The position numbers and the translations under genes are program-made. A stretch of DNA of 56,053 nucleotides from a virus (lineage: Duplodnaviria > Caudoviricetes): IMG/VR virus record IMGVR_UViG_3300045941_000468, positions 1-56,053 of that record. The stretch is one strand, 5' to 3'. Of this stretch, positions 17,069-29,626 are shown piece after piece. How positions within the stretch are numbered: position 1 is the stretch's first letter; every line of letters begins with the position of its first letter. The notes below the pieces were generated by a model. That model searched no databases. It was given only the letters and a program-made list of their open reading frames with translations, and had not been told where the DNA came from.

Positions 17069-20000
17069 TTACCACCAGACGAAGTTCTTGATGACGGACG
17101 CGAACCAGATGCCCCCGCCGTCGTAGGTGCTGAACGTGTAGATGTCCAAGCGGCTCGCCCCCGAGCCGCCCGGCTCGCCGCGGTTGTCTCCGGCGTTGCT
17201 GTTCGCCCAGCGCACGCCCGCAGGCCAGCTCACCGCGAACGGCCCGCCGTTGTGCCGCACGAACACCGTGATGCTGGTCAGGACGCCTCCGGGCCGCGGA
17301 TTGTTGAACCCGATCCCGGCAGCTTGGTTGAGGTCGAGGATGAAACAGGTGTAGTTCGAGCAGTCGAGATAGAAGACACCCGCGTTGGCTTGGTATTGGT
17401 ACGGCTCGCCGTAGCCCCGCAGATACGGCCGGTAGAGGTCCTTGTTGGTGTGGTCGATGTAGCCCGCCACGTAGAGATTCCCGGTCAGGTAGAGCCCCGT
17501 GTTCGACCACAGGCCGTAGCTGGGATGGCTGGCGAGGTACCAGGTCTGCTGCGACCCGTAGACGTCCGCGCGGCCCGGGAAGATGCCTTGCGCCGTGTAG
17601 AGGCTGGCGTTGGTCCAGATGTTCCCAGTGACCATCAGCCCGGTGTTGGTGTAGAGGCCGTAGCTGCCGTGGCCCGCGAGGTACCAGTCGCTCTGCATCT
17701 GCCAGCCCGCGTCCAGTCGGCCGGGATAGAACGGTCCGCGGAAAAAGACGGTGGTGTTCCGATCCAGCCGGATGTGTTCCGTCCACTGCAGCCCCGCATC
17801 GTCGGTCGTGGGGCCGATGCGGAGATACCCTTGGTAGTTCATGATCGACCAGTTCTGCGACCCCGCAGGCTGGCTCATCTCACGGAAGTGCAGGCGCACG
17901 AAGTTGCTGGTGCTGTGCAGGTAGTTCTCGGAGCTGGTCGAGACGAAGCCGCCCGTCTGAAGTTGGCCCCCCACCGACGCCGGGCCGGTGATCGCCACAC
18001 TCTCGAAGTAGCCGTAGCGGACGTAGCCGTAGGCCCAGCGCAGCGTGGGATGCCCGAGGTAGTAGGTGTCAGTCGTCTGCGGATAGAGATTCTTGGTCCG
18101 GAGAGAATCCCCGCGTAGCGTGTAGGCGGTCGAGTCCGAGAGGTTGACGTTGCCCGCCTCCTCCACAATCAGCGAGGTCCCCCCGGTGGGACACCAGAAG
18201 GTGGTGCGGCCCGTCTCCGCGACGGTGATGTTGTTCCACCAGGCCCCGCCCGCCTTCCACGTATAGAAGTCGAACTGGCTGGGTTTGACCTGGAACGTCG
18301 CCGCGCCGATGGACGTGTCGTCCTTCACCCACGTCCCGCCCACGTAGTCCACGTTGGTGCAGACGTTGTGATAGGTCGCGGCTCCCGCCGGGGCCAGCAG
18401 CAGGCGCGCCTTCACGGTCAGGCCGGGGATGGCTTGCACGAACCTGACCCAACTGCCGTCGGCGTTGGCGTACTGGGTCATCAGGCCCGTGGTCATGCCG
18501 ATGCGGAGTCGGTCCTTCCACCCCGGGGTGGGGGTGCCGTCCCACTGCAGGACCATGAAGTCGCCCTCGCCATCGACGACGATCGTCCCGCCCGGTTTCG
18601 CCGGGTCGTCCCGCTGCCAGTTCGTCCCGTCGTAGTAGAGATTCGAGAGCAGCTCGCAGCGTCCGCCCGGCACAACCGAGCCGAAGCGGGCCTTCCGCAC
18701 GTCGCTGCCGGTGTAGTCCACGACGTAGTAGCGGCGATTGCCGACCACGGTCACGTTCCCCGCCGCCGTCGCGTCACCCCCCGTGGTCACGCCGAAGACT
18801 TTGGTCATCGCGCCGTCGTTGCGGTAGAACTCCAGCCCCGCCGCCGGGGCGAGCTGGAGGAGCAGGCCCGCGTGAGCGGCGTCGTCTCGCACGTAGCTCG
18901 CGCCATCCCAGTCTAGATTCGACGTCAGCGTGAGGTGGTCGCCGACGTGGCTCATCACCCGCGCCTTGCCACCCCCCGCCACCTGCGGGTCGAGGATGAG
19001 GCGGGGCCGCGTCTTCTGGATCGGCACATCGACCGTGAAGGGGAGCGACGCCCCGCTGCCGCTCGGGGGCGCGGCGAAGGTGCCGTCCGCACGGAGGAAG
19101 TTCGTCGTGCCGCCGGGGAAGCCGCCGGTGAACTTCAGGACGTTGGTCGTGAGGCGCGCATCGGCGACGGTGCCGGTCGTGATCACGCTCCCCGCCAGCG
19201 CGATGATCGCGTCGCTGCCGCCGGTCTCGTGCGTCGTGTGATGCGCGGCCAGCGGGAGGGTGTCACTCGGGACGTCGACCACGCCACCCGTGACGTGGAC
19301 GTAGCCAGTTCCCGCAGGCGCGGGCCCGGGCGGGCCTGGCGTCCCGGCGAGCCCGGGGTCCCCTCGCACGGCGAGCACGTCCCACGACGAGGAGGCGCCC
19401 AGCAGCGTGGCGTAGAGACTGAACTGGAAGGCGCCACTCGCCTGCGGATTGAACGGGTTCGGCAGCGAGCCCGTCCAGGGCGCCCCGTTGAACCACGCGC
19501 CCGCCCCACCGGCCGTCCAGAAGCCGGTGAAGGCGATCTCCCCCTGCACCGCCAGCCAGTAGGTGCCCACGCCCAGCGCCGGGCCGGTGGGGATGGCGAG
19601 CGTGTTCCACCCGACGACCGAGAGCGTCACCAGGCTCTGGGCGAGGAGGGTGCTGGGCGCGCCGCTCGCGTCGGCGTAGACGCCCACCAGCAGGTTGACC
19701 CCCGCTTGGGTGGTGTAGACGCTGACCGACTGCAGGATGCCCGGCTGGGTCACCGCGACCTGCACGCCGGTGAGCCCGAGGAAGCTCCCCGAGGAGGGGC
19801 CGGGGGTGGCGCTCCCCACGGTGATCAGGGGCCCCGCCGCCGGGTCATTGCCGGTGTTGGCGGTGACGCAGACGAAGCTCGACCCGTCTCGGCGGACGAC
19901 GTCATCCACGGCGTAGGCGGTCGCCGAGTCCCACGCGCCGCGCCACGTCAGCCCGGGCGGACCCGGCGCCCCGTCCGCCCCGTCTGCGCCTGCCGGGCCG

Positions 20001-21967
20001 GGGTCACCCTGCGAGCCCTGCGGCCCTTCCGGCCCCGTCACTCCGATCGGGCCCTGCGGACCCACGGGGCCCTGTGCGCCGGTGTCGCCCGCGTCGCCCT
20101 TGGCGCCCTGCGGTCCGGTCGCACCGGTGGCCCCTGTGGCTCCGGCGGGCCCCTGCGCCCCGTCTGCTCCGGCCGGACCAACGGGACCTTGTGCGCCGGG
20201 GGGGCCCTGTGCACCCGTCGCCCCCGTGGCACCTGCCGCGCCTGCGGGGCCTGCGGGCCCTTCCGGGCCGGTTTGCCCCTGCGTCCCGACGGGGCCCTGC
20301 GGCCCTTGCGGCCCGGCGGATCCCTGCGGTCCGGTCGCGCCTGCGGGCCCTACCGGACCCGTGGCCCCAGCGGCGCCCGGCACGCCCTGTGGCCCGCGCT
20401 CGCCTTCCGGCCCGATCGGTCCCTGCGGCCCCGGCGACCCCTGCGGCCCCTCGGGGCCGATCACCCCCTGGATGCCCTGTGGCCCGGCCTCGCCGGTGGG
20501 GCCGATGGGCCCGGCCGGTCCGGGGGGACCTTGCGCGCCAGTGAGGCCCTGCGGCCCGGTGACGCCCTGCGGGCCCGGCGGGCCGGGCGGGCCGACGATC
20601 GCGCCCGCGTCCACCCAGCTGTCGCCGTCCCACACCCACATATGGCCGGTGTCGGCGACGATCCATGCGTCTCCGTCGGTGTTGCCGGTGGGCGGGAGAT
20701 CGCCCGCGGTGTCGACCGTCCCCTTGACCGTGATGCCCGGGCCGGGCGGGCCCTCAGGACCGATCGGGCCTTGCGGGCCGGTGAAGCCTTGCGCCCCCGC
20801 CGGACCGATCGGACCGGGGTCGCCCTGCGAGCCGGTGGCGCCGGTGGCGCCTGCCGGACCGGTCGCCCCCTGCGGACCCGTCGGGCCCTCAGCGCCGGGG
20901 AGCCCCTGCGGCCCGCTCGGCCCCGGCGCGCCCTGCACGCCTTGCGGACCGGTGGCGCCGACCGCGCCCTGCGGTCCCGTGGCACCGGGCGCGCCCGCGG
21001 GCCCCGGGTCGCCTTGCGCCCCCGTCGCGCCGGTGAGACCGGCTGGACCGGGGGGACCCTCAGGCCCGACGAGCCCCTGCGGTCCGGTCGCACCGGTGGC
21101 GCCAGTCGGTCCCGCGGGGCCGTCCGCGCCGGGCGGTCCTGCCGGGCCAGTCGCCCCCGTCGCGCCTGCCACGCCCTGCACACCTTGGGGCCCTTGCAGG
21201 CCAGGCTCTCCCTGCGGACCGGCGGGACCAATGGCGCCCTGCGGGCCGGTGGGACCGACCGCACCAGTCGCGCCCGTCGCGCCGGTGGGTCCTTGTGGAC
21301 CGGTGGCGCCGGTCGTTCCCGTGTCGCCTTTGACGCCCTGCGGCCCGGCGGGACCCTGTGGCCCGGTGGCGCCCGCAGGCCCCTGCGCCCCGGTCGCCCC
21401 CGTGAGACCGGCCGGACCCGTGGGCCCGGGGATGCCCTGCACCCCCTGCGCCCCCTGCGGGCCCTGCGGACCGGCGGGACCGGCGGGACCGATCGCGCCG
21501 TCCGCGCCGGGGGGACCGACGATCGGCCCGGCATCGATCCAGAGACTGCCGGTCGCCTCCCACACCCAGAGGTGGCCGTCGTCGGCCGTGATCCACGCGT
21601 CGCCGTCGACGTTGCCGGTGGACGGGAGATCGGCGAAGGCGGGCACGGTGCCCTTGACGCTGACGCCGCTGCCTGCGGGGCCTTCGGGACCTTCCGGACC
21701 GGCGGGACCGACGGGACCCGCAGGACCCGCGGGGCCAGGCTCCCCGGGCGGACCCGCGCCCTCGCTCGCCTCACCCGCCGGTGCGGCGTTGACCGCGGTG
21801 ACGAGATCGCCCTGCGTCGTCTCGGCGCCCTGCAGCCGCGATTCGAGATCGAAGACCCGATCCCAGAGGAGGCGGGTGGTCTGCTGCGCCCGCCAGTCGG
21901 TGATGTCGTCGACGTGCGGGTACTGGCGACGGATCTCCGGCGGCTCCGCAGACTTCACCGGTGTCAT
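17069..21967 (-). CDS. Collagen-like tail fibre with modular C-terminal head
   Basis: Long Gly-X-Y tracts, two copies of a ~50-aa spacer domain, a WRGAW...Y...DVV carbohydrate-binding-like module and repeated C-terminal domains; ATGA overlap at 21964-21967. Confidence 0.9.
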   Translation of the reverse strand: MTPVKSAEPPEIRRQYPHVDDITDWRAQQTTRLLWDRVFDLESRLQGAETTQGDLVTAVNAAPAGEASEGAGPPGEPGPAGPAGPVGPAGPEGPEGPAGSGVSVKGTVPAFADLPSTGNVDGDAWITADDGHLWVWEATGSLWIDAGPIVGPPGADGAIGPAGPAGPQGPQGAQGVQGIPGPTGPAGLTGATGAQGPAGATGPQGPAGPQGVKGDTGTTGATGPQGPTGATGATGAVGPTGPQGAIGPAGPQGEPGLQGPQGVQGVAGATGATGPAGPPGADGPAGPTGATGATGPQGLVGPEGPPGPAGLTGATGAQGDPGPAGAPGATGPQGAVGATGPQGVQGAPGPSGPQGLPGAEGPTGPQGATGPAGATGATGSQGDPGPIGPAGAQGFTGPQGPIGPEGPPGPGITVKGTVDTAGDLPPTGNTDGDAWIVADTGHMWVWDGDSWVDAGAIVGPPGPPGPQGVTGPQGLTGAQGPPGPAGPIGPTGEAGPQGIQGVIGPEGPQGSPGPQGPIGPEGERGPQGVPGAAGATGPVGPAGATGPQGSAGPQGPQGPVGTQGQTGPEGPAGPAGAAGATGATGAQGPPGAQGPVGPAGADGAQGPAGATGATGATGPQGAKGDAGDTGAQGPVGPQGPIGVTGPEGPQGSQGDPGPAGADGADGAPGPPGLTWRGAWDSATAYAVDDVVRRDGSSFVCVTANTGNDPAAGPLITVGSATPGPSSGSFLGLTGVQVAVTQPGILQSVSVYTTQAGVNLLVGVYADASGAPSTLLAQSLVTLSVVGWNTLAIPTGPALGVGTYWLAVQGEIAFTGFWTAGGAGAWFNGAPWTGSLPNPFNPQASGAFQFSLYATLLGASSSWDVLAVRGDPGLAGTPGPPGPAPAGTGYVHVTGGVVDVPSDTLPLAAHHTTHETGGSDAIIALAGSVITTGTVADARLTTNVLKFTGGFPGGTTNFLRADGTFAAPPSGSGASLPFTVDVPIQKTRPRLILDPQVAGGGKARVMSHVGDHLTLTSNLDWDGASYVRDDAAHAGLLLQLAPAAGLEFYRNDGAMTKVFGVTTGGDATAAGNVTVVGNRRYYVVDYTGSDVRKARFGSVVPGGRCELLSNLYYDGTNWQRDDPAKPGGTIVVDGEGDFMVLQWDGTPTPGWKDRLRIGMTTGLMTQYANADGSWVRFVQAIPGLTVKARLLLAPAGAATYHNVCTNVDYVGGTWVKDDTSIGAATFQVKPSQFDFYTWKAGGAWWNNITVAETGRTTFWCPTGGTSLIVEEAGNVNLSDSTAYTLRGDSLRTKNLYPQTTDTYYLGHPTLRWAYGYVRYGYFESVAITGPASVGGQLQTGGFVSTSSENYLHSTSNFVRLHFREMSQPAGSQNWSIMNYQGYLRIGPTTDDAGLQWTEHIRLDRNTTVFFRGPFYPGRLDAGWQMQSDWYLAGHGSYGLYTNTGLMVTGNIWTNASLYTAQGIFPGRADVYGSQQTWYLASHPSYGLWSNTGLYLTGNLYVAGYIDHTNKDLYRPYLRGYGEPYQYQANAGVFYLDCSNYTCFILDLNQAAGIGFNNPRPGGVLTSITVFVRHNGGPFAVSWPAGVRWANSNAGDNRGEPGGSGASRLDIYTFSTYDGGGIWFASVIKNFVWW
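19953..21760 (-). repeat. Gly-X-Y collagen repeats in three blocks (approximate bounds)
   Basis: 9-bp periodic GPQ/GPA/GAT codons, interrupted at about 21520-21665 and 20600-20735. Confidence 0.9.
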
Positions 21968-24900
21968 GGGGTCGCTCCCGGCGTGAGCGTGCCTCCGGCG
22001 GATTGCGCGGCGAGGATCGCGTGCGTCATCGGGCGCGAGGGATCCTGATCGTCGTTGCCGAACGGCTTGACCTCGATCGAGCTGAAGGCGCCCCACGGCT
22101 GGATGACGACGCTCGTCTCATCGCGGTACAGCCAGAAGGGCACGGCGCTCGTGAGCACGTACTTGATCAGCACGCCCTTGCCTGCGTGGAAGCCGTGCAG
22201 GAAGCGCCGCTGCTTCACGCCGCCGGTCGCCGGGATCGTGTAGGTGTGCGTCGTCGTCCCGCCGACCTGGTTGTGCTGCACGACGGTGGTGAGGGTCACG
22301 TCGGCGGTCGACTTCAGCGTGATGTGCGCGTAGAGCGGATAGAACCAGCCGGGCAACCCGTGGTTGGTCTCCTGCGTCTCCCAGCGCGCCAGCTGGAACG
22401 GCTCCTCGTCGAAGATCGGCTCGGCGGTGTAGAGGCGCCCCGGGTGGGCGTCGATCGGGAACATCCGCCACACGCGCCCGAGGCGCTGCTCGCTGAGCGC
22501 GAGCTGCACGACCCGGCGCCCGGTGGTGTTGACGGTGAGCACCTCGACGACGGCGCCGTCGACTTCCACATTGACGGACTTGTCGGCGCCGTAGGTGTCA
22601 CACTCGAAGATGATCGCCTTCAGCCACTTGTCGGCGTGCGTGCCGAGGATCGAGAAGTTCTGGTTCCAGTTCGCCTGCTCGCTGGGCTCCTCTTGGAGGT
22701 GCCACCGGTGCGTGTAGAGCAGCCCCGGGGCATCGTCGATGGCGACGAAGCGGAAGACGTGCCCGCGGCCCCACGGCAGTGTGAGGTGCACGACCTGGCG
22801 CCCGCTGGCGACCACCGGCCAGTAGGGGAGCGAGGCGAGCGTGTTATCGAGCCGCACCCCGTCGACGTAGACCTCGATGCGCTTCTCCTGCCCATTGGTG
22901 TCGCAGTAGAGATCGAGCCCCGTGTAGTACTGGTCCCACTGGTTCTCGAAGTGCACGTCCCACTTCGCGATGCGCGGCGGCTCCTGCACGTAGATCCAGT
23001 CGGCGCGATAGAGCAGCCACGGCGTGCAGGTGTCGGGCTCGGGACGGAGGCGCACCTGGTTCGCCGGGACGGCAGGCCACGAGAACTTGAACTTGTGCCG
23101 GTTGTCGCTGGTGACCGTGAAGGTCGCGACGATCGCGCGCGTGCCGAGGAAGTCGCGCTCGACGTGAAACGTCTTCGGGTTGTTGCCCGTGTCGACATCG
23201 AGTGTGACGCCACTGAGCCAGACCTCGTCGGGCGAGTTGAGGTCGTCCCAGTTGGTGACGCGCGTGTTGGTGAGATCGGGCTGCAGCGTCACCGCGTAGC
23301 CGAGCTGATAGAGCGTGGGCGCGCCGCTGTCGGAGGTCCAGCGCAGCTCGCAGGCGATCGAGTGCGCCTTCTGCGGGTTGCGCCCGAAGGCGTGGATCAG
23401 GAAGCGCTCGCGCCCGGTGGAGAGGGGCGGGACCGCTTCGGCGACGTTGGCGTGTTTCTCCTCGTTGAGGAAGACCTGCAGCGTGACGTCGACCAGGTCG
23501 GTGTCGATGTCGAGGAAGAGATCGCCGAAGAGCTTTTCCTCGCGCCGCCCGCCGCTGGCCGAGCCGGTGCGCACGACACAGGCGATCGGCTCGTCGTCGT
23601 CGCTCGTGCCTTCGTGCAGGTAGCTCTTGCCGGTGCCTGCGCCGCCGATCACGAGGATGTCTTCGTCCTCACCCTGCAGCACGGCGGCGGGTTTGTGAAA
23701 GTGATAATGCCGCCAGAACTTCTGCAGGATCGAGTAGACCAGCACCTGGCGGGCGCCGGACTGATCCTCGTAGAGGACGTAGAGATCGTTCTCCCACACG
23801 GTGCAGCGCAGCGCGGTGACCACCGACTTGTTGATCGGCTCGTAGCCGTTGACGGCGGTGCCGTAGAAGAGCGGGTTGATCTGTTCGGAGATCCACTCCT
23901 CGGGCCCGCCGGTGGTCGCGAACACGCCATCCTCGGCGACGAAGTAGATCACCCCGCCCGGCCCCATGCAGAAGCTCCAGCGCCCGAGCAGCCCGCGCGT
24001 GCAGAGCGAGGGCGTCGCCGTGACGCCGAACGCCCCCGAGAGATTCGGGTAGAGCAGATACATGCGCAGGCGCGAGAAGACGAAGCCTTGATGTCCGGCG
24101 ATGCCGCCGTTCATCAGCTCTTCGCTCGGCGCGCACACCTCGGTGTTGCCGTCGCTCGGCCAGTGATCGGGCTCGCCGGGGAGGGAGAAGTAGACGTAGC
24201 CGGGGCGGTAGGGATCGCCGCAGCCGAAGAGCATCCCCTCGATCGGGCCCCAGAGCGCGGGCAGCGGCTGCGCAAGCACCGTGTTGCCGGTGTCGTCGAT
24301 CGTGGGCACGGGCTGGTAGTGATCGATCGGCAGCGTCCCGGCGCCCACGATCGCGACGTCGCTCTCGGTGTCGGTGAACGGCGCCCCGTCGGCGGTGTTG
24401 GTGCCGACGTAGTACCAGTCGTCGATGAGCGAGCCGCCACGGCGATAGATGCGCTGGCGGATGGCGGCGTCACCGTAGGCGGGCGGCGTCACGATAATCG
24501 CGCGCCGCGCGCTGTCGATGTACGCGGCGGTCGCCATCTCCGGCGAGCCGTTGCTCTCGGCGCCGGTGCGCGGGTCGTAGTGCGTGTACCGATAGTCGTA
24601 CTTCTGCGCGCCAGGCTCGGTCGTATCGGGGTCGCTGCCGCCGTGCAGGTAAATGTCGTCGAGGCCGAGCGCGACGATGTGATTGAGCGCGTCGATGGCG
24701 GTGCGGATGTAGAGCACGAAGCCGGTGACGGTCGCCCAGTCGCGCCCGGGCGTGGACCCCATGCGGACGAAGTCGCTGCGGCGAATGGGCGTGCCGACCG
24801 CGCCGAACTCGATCCACTGATAGATGCCCTCGGTCCGTCCGATGAGGGTGGTCGACGCGATGCCGATCGCCTGCGCAATGTCCTGCTGCGTGAGCGTGAG

Positions 24901-25854
24901 GACGTAGGCGTCCGAGTTGACGACCTCCGCCGGATCCGGCTGGGTGCCGGGGAGGACGGTGGCGTCGAAGTCGGCGCTGACGACGACGTAGAGACGTAGC
25001 TCCTTGAGCAGGTAGGGGTGCGAGAGCGTCAGCCAGAAGTGAAAGAGATCATCGGCGACGGCAGGCGTGCTCCCGACGGTGGAGAGGTTGACGTCGCGCG
25101 CGATCGCCCAGAAGCTGTCGTAGCCGCCGTTGTAGCCGTCCCCGTCTTCCACCGCGGGGTCGACCGCGGTGTGGAAGATGACGCAGCTGCCGGGCCCGAT
25201 CGCGGGCGGCACGGCCTCGTTGTCGGTGGTGAACGGGACGTCGGTGAACTGGCCCACGTCGTCGGTGCCCTTGTTGCCCACCCACCCTTCGGCGTGGCTC
25301 CCGTCGGCGGCGTCACACGCGGCGAGGCCTGTTTTCTGGTGCGGGCCGAGCACGGCGCTCGGCGGATTCACCGGCGCAGGCAGGCCGATCGGCGCGACGA
25401 TCCCGCCACTGGAGATCTTCACCATCTTGCTGCGATCACCGACCCACATCCACGGATCGCCACTGAGGGTGGGGCGGTGGGGGAGGAGCGTGACCGGATC
25501 GCCGCTGAAGCCACTGGCGACGATGTCGGTCGCGCCGGTGGCATCGGTCTGGATGGTCTGGTCGACGCCCCAGACGCGCGTCTCGGTCCCGGCCTGCGGG
25601 TCGCGCAGCTTGCGCACGGCGTGCGCGGTGCCGCCGTCCTCGTGCGTGACGAGGACGGTTTCGCCCGGGCGCGCGGTGGCTTCGCCCTCGTGCTGGTGCC
25701 AGAGGTTGGTGAGGCGCGACCACCCCTCCATCGCATCGAGCGAGTCCTTGAGATTCAGCCCGCGGATGCCGTAGCGGACGATCTGCGTCTCGAAGGGCGC
25801 CTCGAAGTTGGCGCTGGTGACGTTGTTCGAGCGGCGCGAGATCTGCTCCGCCAT
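21964..25854 (-). CDS. Tail nozzle/head-closure protein (P22 gp10 / T7 gp12-like position)
   Basis: Large beta-rich protein with [11 protein letters not shown] and [10 protein letters not shown]; follows the adaptors; TGATG overlap. Confidence 0.7.
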   Translation of the reverse strand: MAEQISRRSNNVTSANFEAPFETQIVRYGIRGLNLKDSLDAMEGWSRLTNLWHQHEGEATARPGETVLVTHEDGGTAHAVRKLRDPQAGTETRVWGVDQTIQTDATGATDIVASGFSGDPVTLLPHRPTLSGDPWMWVGDRSKMVKISSGGIVAPIGLPAPVNPPSAVLGPHQKTGLAACDAADGSHAEGWVGNKGTDDVGQFTDVPFTTDNEAVPPAIGPGSCVIFHTAVDPAVEDGDGYNGGYDSFWAIARDVNLSTVGSTPAVADDLFHFWLTLSHPYLLKELRLYVVVSADFDATVLPGTQPDPAEVVNSDAYVLTLTQQDIAQAIGIASTTLIGRTEGIYQWIEFGAVGTPIRRSDFVRMGSTPGRDWATVTGFVLYIRTAIDALNHIVALGLDDIYLHGGSDPDTTEPGAQKYDYRYTHYDPRTGAESNGSPEMATAAYIDSARRAIIVTPPAYGDAAIRQRIYRRGGSLIDDWYYVGTNTADGAPFTDTESDVAIVGAGTLPIDHYQPVPTIDDTGNTVLAQPLPALWGPIEGMLFGCGDPYRPGYVYFSLPGEPDHWPSDGNTEVCAPSEELMNGGIAGHQGFVFSRLRMYLLYPNLSGAFGVTATPSLCTRGLLGRWSFCMGPGGVIYFVAEDGVFATTGGPEEWISEQINPLFYGTAVNGYEPINKSVVTALRCTVWENDLYVLYEDQSGARQVLVYSILQKFWRHYHFHKPAAVLQGEDEDILVIGGAGTGKSYLHEGTSDDDEPIACVVRTGSASGGRREEKLFGDLFLDIDTDLVDVTLQVFLNEEKHANVAEAVPPLSTGRERFLIHAFGRNPQKAHSIACELRWTSDSGAPTLYQLGYAVTLQPDLTNTRVTNWDDLNSPDEVWLSGVTLDVDTGNNPKTFHVERDFLGTRAIVATFTVTSDNRHKFKFSWPAVPANQVRLRPEPDTCTPWLLYRADWIYVQEPPRIAKWDVHFENQWDQYYTGLDLYCDTNGQEKRIEVYVDGVRLDNTLASLPYWPVVASGRQVVHLTLPWGRGHVFRFVAIDDAPGLLYTHRWHLQEEPSEQANWNQNFSILGTHADKWLKAIIFECDTYGADKSVNVEVDGAVVEVLTVNTTGRRVVQLALSEQRLGRVWRMFPIDAHPGRLYTAEPIFDEEPFQLARWETQETNHGLPGWFYPLYAHITLKSTADVTLTTVVQHNQVGGTTTHTYTIPATGGVKQRRFLHGFHAGKGVLIKYVLTSAVPFWLYRDETSVVIQPWGAFSSIEVKPFGNDDQDPSRPMTHAILAAQSAGGTLTPGATP

Positions 25855-26489
25855 CAGGCCCACCCTCCGAGGATGATCGCGGCGGCGGTCTGGGTCAGTT
25901 CGTAGCGGCGCTCACAGTAGCGCGCCCGTTCGTCGTCGAGCAGCCGTCCCACTTTGCGGAGCAGCCACCCGAGCGCGGCGTACTTCACGCCGGAGGTGAA
26001 CTCCTCCGCCAGCGGGAGTGCGGTGCCGGGGAGAGCACCGGTGACCGAGGGCGGCAGGCGGATGTAGAGCAGCTCGACGACGCCATCGACGTCGGGCGTC
26101 GGGACCAGGCGGAGCGTGAGCGTGGATTGATCGAGATCGGCGTAGGCGAGCGGCAGACCGGGTGTCGTCTCCCAGCCGGGGAGGGCGAGGTCACTCTCGA
26201 AGCTGTCGGCCGGGCCGAGCGGCGTGCGTCCGCGCGCGTCGGCCCAGACGAGGTACGCGGTGGCGAGCCAGTCGGCGGGGAGGGCGAGCTGTGGCTGGCC
26301 CGCCGTCATCGGCAGCTCGACGCGTGCGACATCGAGGTGCACGCCGCGACAGAGCGCGCGGATGCTGGAGTTCACCGCATCGAGCACCTCGGGGCGTGTC
26401 CAGATGAGAGACGGCCAGCTGTCCCCGCCATCGGGCGGTTCGATAAGCGCGAACTGCAGCTCGGTGAGGAGATCACGATCGAGCATCAC
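25854..26489 (-). CDS. Head-tail adaptor-like protein
   Basis: WT..EVLDAVN...LALPADW...LRLVPTPD...YIRLP adaptor pattern. Confidence 0.7.
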   Translation of the reverse strand: MMLDRDLLTELQFALIEPPDGGDSWPSLIWTRPEVLDAVNSSIRALCRGVHLDVARVELPMTAGQPQLALPADWLATAYLVWADARGRTPLGPADSFESDLALPGWETTPGLPLAYADLDQSTLTLRLVPTPDVDGVVELLYIRLPPSVTGALPGTALPLAEEFTSGVKYAALGWLLRKVGRLLDDERARYCERRYELTQTAAAIILGGWA

Positions 26490-27232
26490 TCCTGCTCCGC
26501 TTGATCGTGGCGCGCGAACTGCGTCGCCACACCCTGCATCTGGTTGCTGGCGTCCCGGGTGGGCTGCATATCACGGCGGCGATCGAGCCCGGCCCAGCGG
26601 CGATACGCCTGGTTGGCTTTGAGCAACCCGTTCTCGTCGGCGGCAGCTTGGAGGAAGGCCTCGAAGTAGGGGCGGGTCGCGCGCCAGCGCTCGGCCGCTT
26701 CCTTGAACGCGGCGACGTGCAGCGCCATATCGGCGACGACGTCGAGAATCTCCTCGCCGAGATCGACGAGGTCGGTCGGGTTGACGAGCACGGGCGTGCG
26801 GAGGACGCCGTCGAGCACGAGTGCGTTCGACACGAGCGTCGGGTAGGTCGGCCAGATGGCGACGCGCGAGAGCGAGATCGGCGCCCAGAGCGTCGGGACC
26901 GGCGGTGCGTCGCCGCCGCTGGCGGTGGTCTGGCGGCGCCACGGCGGGTGGCCGAGATCGAGTTCGAGGAGCGACGTCGGGATGAGCGGCGCACCCGCGG
27001 CGGTGGCGAGCCGCATGCCGTAGGTCATCGAGCCGGGGAGCGCAATCTCGGGGTCACCGGCGTTGACGGTGAGCGGCACGCGCGTGCGCCAGCGGCCGGT
27101 CAGGAGGTTCCAGTCGCGCAGGGACTCGTTAATCGCGAGGCGCGCTTCTTCCGGCGTCCAGAAGACCACCTGGTCCCAGCGCTGGGCCATCAGGAGCTGG
27201 AGGTCGGCGAGGGTCGTGGTGGTGTAGGGCAC
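26486..27232 (-). CDS. Head-tail adaptor-like protein (paralogue)
   Basis: TLADLQ...FWTPEEARLAINE...AIWPT pattern; leaderless GTG start. Confidence 0.7.
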   Translation of the reverse strand: MPYTTTTLADLQLLMAQRWDQVVFWTPEEARLAINESLRDWNLLTGRWRTRVPLTVNAGDPEIALPGSMTYGMRLATAAGAPLIPTSLLELDLGHPPWRRQTTASGGDAPPVPTLWAPISLSRVAIWPTYPTLVSNALVLDGVLRTPVLVNPTDLVDLGEEILDVVADMALHVAAFKEAAERWRATRPYFEAFLQAAADENGLLKANQAYRRWAGLDRRRDMQPTRDASNQMQGVATQFARHDQAEQE

Positions 27233-27278
27233 CCCGGAAGAGGATCGTCAGAGGCGGGCGGCTCGTCCAGATCCCCCT
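27233..27278 (-). promoter_or_regulatory. AGGGGGATC-class promoter (copy 1), leaderless
   Basis: AGGGGGATC-TGGACG-17-GATCCT-8 nt-GTG(27232). Confidence 0.7.
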
Positions 27279-29626
27279 CAGGTGAGTGGGAAGGCGACGG
27301 GGCACGCTGACTCACGACGCGGCGGTGTCGGGTCCGGCGGGCCGGGACAGGACGTGCTATTCACCGCCGTGATCGAGAGGTTGTCGGTCGCCCCCGTCGG
27401 GTTCACATAAAAGCGGTTCCACAGCCCGTAGGGCAGGTCCGTGTGCAGGTTCCGCCGCCGCTGCCAGAGCCGCACCCCGTCCACCCACAGCTCGACGCAG
27501 CCATCGTCGTCGTAGCTGTGGGTGGCTTCGTGGTAGGTGCTGTGGCGCCAGCGGATCTCCCACCGGTGGTAGGCAAGCTTGTAGGGGGTGAAGTCGACCC
27601 CGGTCTCGACAATTTCGAGCAGCTCCGCTCGCCCCGCCTCGTGATCCCAACCCCAGACGCGGAACTGAATGAGCCCGTTGGTCTCGACCCCGCCGCCGCT
27701 CGCCGCCGAGCCGTGCGCGGCCCAGAAGTCCCACCCGTAGCCGTAGTCCATGAGGTGGTACGCGCAGTCGAGATAACTCCCCCCATCGCCGCACTCGGAG
27801 AGATCGACGGTGTTGGGCACCCGCGCCCATTCCCACGACCCGTAGATGCCCATGCCCCATTTCCAGCCGTTCTCCGCCCAGTCATCGACGTAGCAGTCGA
27901 GCGCCGCCACGCCGTAGCCCGTCTTGAAGGTCAGGTCGGCCAAGTCGAACCCGCACTGTGCGACCTCGGTGAACGGCTCGACCGTCGGGCCGACGCCGGT
28001 GGTGCCTTTGCTGGAGCTGAGGCCCCAGCCCGGCGCGACGTGGGAGAAGACGCCGACGTAGCGCTGCCACCAGTCGCCGCCGAACATCGCCTCCGACTCC
28101 CACGACTCGAAGTCGTCCGCCCACGCGCTGATGCTCCCCTGCACGCCGAGATGCAGGCGATCGAAGCCGTCCACACTCTCGCAGCCGACCTTGAAGAAAT
28201 AGATCGTCCCAGCCGTCGCCCAGAACCCGCCCCGCCCTTGTGGATAGCAGCGAATCTCGGAGAGTGCGCCGCAGCTGCCGGTGTAGATCGTGACGGGGGC
28301 GTAGGTGTTGTTGGAGCCGTAGCCGTGGGCCGCGACCACGATCAGGTCATCGACGAGCGCGGTGTAGGTCCACCAGACCGTGCGGCGATCCGTCACGAGG
28401 GACGAGGCGGGCTCACCGATCGTCGTCGCGCTGCGCGTGTCGATCTCCGGCGAGGAGTACGGGAGCGCACCGACGCTCAGGGCGTCAGCGCAGGCGTCGT
28501 TGACCGGAGCCGGGATCACCGCCGCGGTCATCTTGAACACAAGCGTGCCGCCGTGCGGGTAGGTGTCGTCGCTCCACGACGCACTGCGCCCGACGATGAT
28601 CTGGTAGGTCGTGCCCGCGACCGCCGGGAAGACCAGCGGGTCGGCGTCGCTGGGGCTGAACTCGCCCTCCTTGTGCTCGACGCCGGTGAAGCTGGCCGTC
28701 CCGGCGAGGAGCGCCGCGACATCGTTGAAGACGTTGACGGCGATGATCGCGCCCACGCCGTAGTCGGAGCCCTCGACCGAGATCCGGTAGGCGCCATCGC
28801 CGGGGCAGGTCCACCGGTACCAGACCGAGTGGGTGACGATGTTGCTGAAGGCCGTGTAGGGATCGTTGACGACGAGGTCGCGGATCTGCCCCGAGCAGCC
28901 CTGCGCCTGCAGCGTGTCCACGGTGTCGGTGTAGGGCAGCGTGGTGATCACCGTCGGCGTGTCGATCGCGTCGTGGGCTGGGGTGGTGAGGGCGATCGGG
29001 CTGCTGAAGAGGAGGTGGCCGTTCAGCTGAATGTCGGTCGCCCCCGCCGTCATCAAGCCCTTGTTGATGTTCGAGCCGTGCTGCAGCGACTGCGTGAACG
29101 AGACCGCGCTGGAGGAGCCCTTGTAGCCGATCTCGACGACGAGGAGGTCTCCGCGCTCGATGGTGACGGGCGTGAGCGTCTGCGGGCCGAGGCCGAAGGT
29201 CACGCCCGCTTTGGTGGTCGGCCATTCGGCCGTGTCCTCGAAGGTGTTGAGGAGCGTGCCGCGGAGGGTGCCGTAGTCGGCGTCGGTTTCGTGCACGCCT
29301 TTGGCGACCCAGAGGTGCAGGCAGAAGACGGCATCGGAGGCGGCGTTGTTCTCCGAGACGGCGAAGGTGGCGAGGACGGTGCCGCTGATCGTCTGTGCAT
29401 CGAGCGGCGGAGAGACCGCGAAGTCGACGCAGACGCGATACGGAGCACTGCTCGCCCCTGCCTGATTGGTGAGTTGCGTCTGCGTCTGGTTCTTGAACGG
29501 TTGGAGCGCCCGGCGGATCCCCGAGGACCGCTGCCACGCCCCCTTGAGGGGAAACTTCGCCGCGTTGGGCGAGGTCGAGTCGTCGTACTGGTTGATGAAC
29601 CAGGTGCCGTAGGCGGTGGTCGGCAT
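27278..29626 (-). CDS. Adhesin/receptor-binding-like virion protein A
   Basis: N-domain shared with 29626..32115; two P(A/V)(H/N)D..(C)...LPY PPC-like repeats; Trp-rich jelly-roll-like C-domain. Confidence 0.6.
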   Translation of the reverse strand: MPTTAYGTWFINQYDDSTSPNAAKFPLKGAWQRSSGIRRALQPFKNQTQTQLTNQAGASSAPYRVCVDFAVSPPLDAQTISGTVLATFAVSENNAASDAVFCLHLWVAKGVHETDADYGTLRGTLLNTFEDTAEWPTTKAGVTFGLGPQTLTPVTIERGDLLVVEIGYKGSSSAVSFTQSLQHGSNINKGLMTAGATDIQLNGHLLFSSPIALTTPAHDAIDTPTVITTLPYTDTVDTLQAQGCSGQIRDLVVNDPYTAFSNIVTHSVWYRWTCPGDGAYRISVEGSDYGVGAIIAVNVFNDVAALLAGTASFTGVEHKEGEFSPSDADPLVFPAVAGTTYQIIVGRSASWSDDTYPHGGTLVFKMTAAVIPAPVNDACADALSVGALPYSSPEIDTRSATTIGEPASSLVTDRRTVWWTYTALVDDLIVVAAHGYGSNNTYAPVTIYTGSCGALSEIRCYPQGRGGFWATAGTIYFFKVGCESVDGFDRLHLGVQGSISAWADDFESWESEAMFGGDWWQRYVGVFSHVAPGWGLSSSKGTTGVGPTVEPFTEVAQCGFDLADLTFKTGYGVAALDCYVDDWAENGWKWGMGIYGSWEWARVPNTVDLSECGDGGSYLDCAYHLMDYGYGWDFWAAHGSAASGGGVETNGLIQFRVWGWDHEAGRAELLEIVETGVDFTPYKLAYHRWEIRWRHSTYHEATHSYDDDGCVELWVDGVRLWQRRRNLHTDLPYGLWNRFYVNPTGATDNLSITAVNSTSCPGPPDPTPPRRESACPVAFPLT

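Noticed and set aside
17069-17800. Duplicated WYLA.H.SYGL segments as a DGR template/variable pair
   Set aside because: Both copies are in-frame parts of one protein, differences are not adenine-specific, and no reverse transcriptase is visible
19953-21760. Possible CRISPR-like or tandem DNA repeat array
   Set aside because: 9-bp periodicity is explained by collagen coding; no constant repeat with unique spacers
18935-24999. 1037-, 634- and 1012-aa + strand ORFs
   Set aside because: Antisense mirrors of the collagen fibre and nozzle genes; the periodic Cys/Pro pattern is the reverse complement of Gly-X-Y codons
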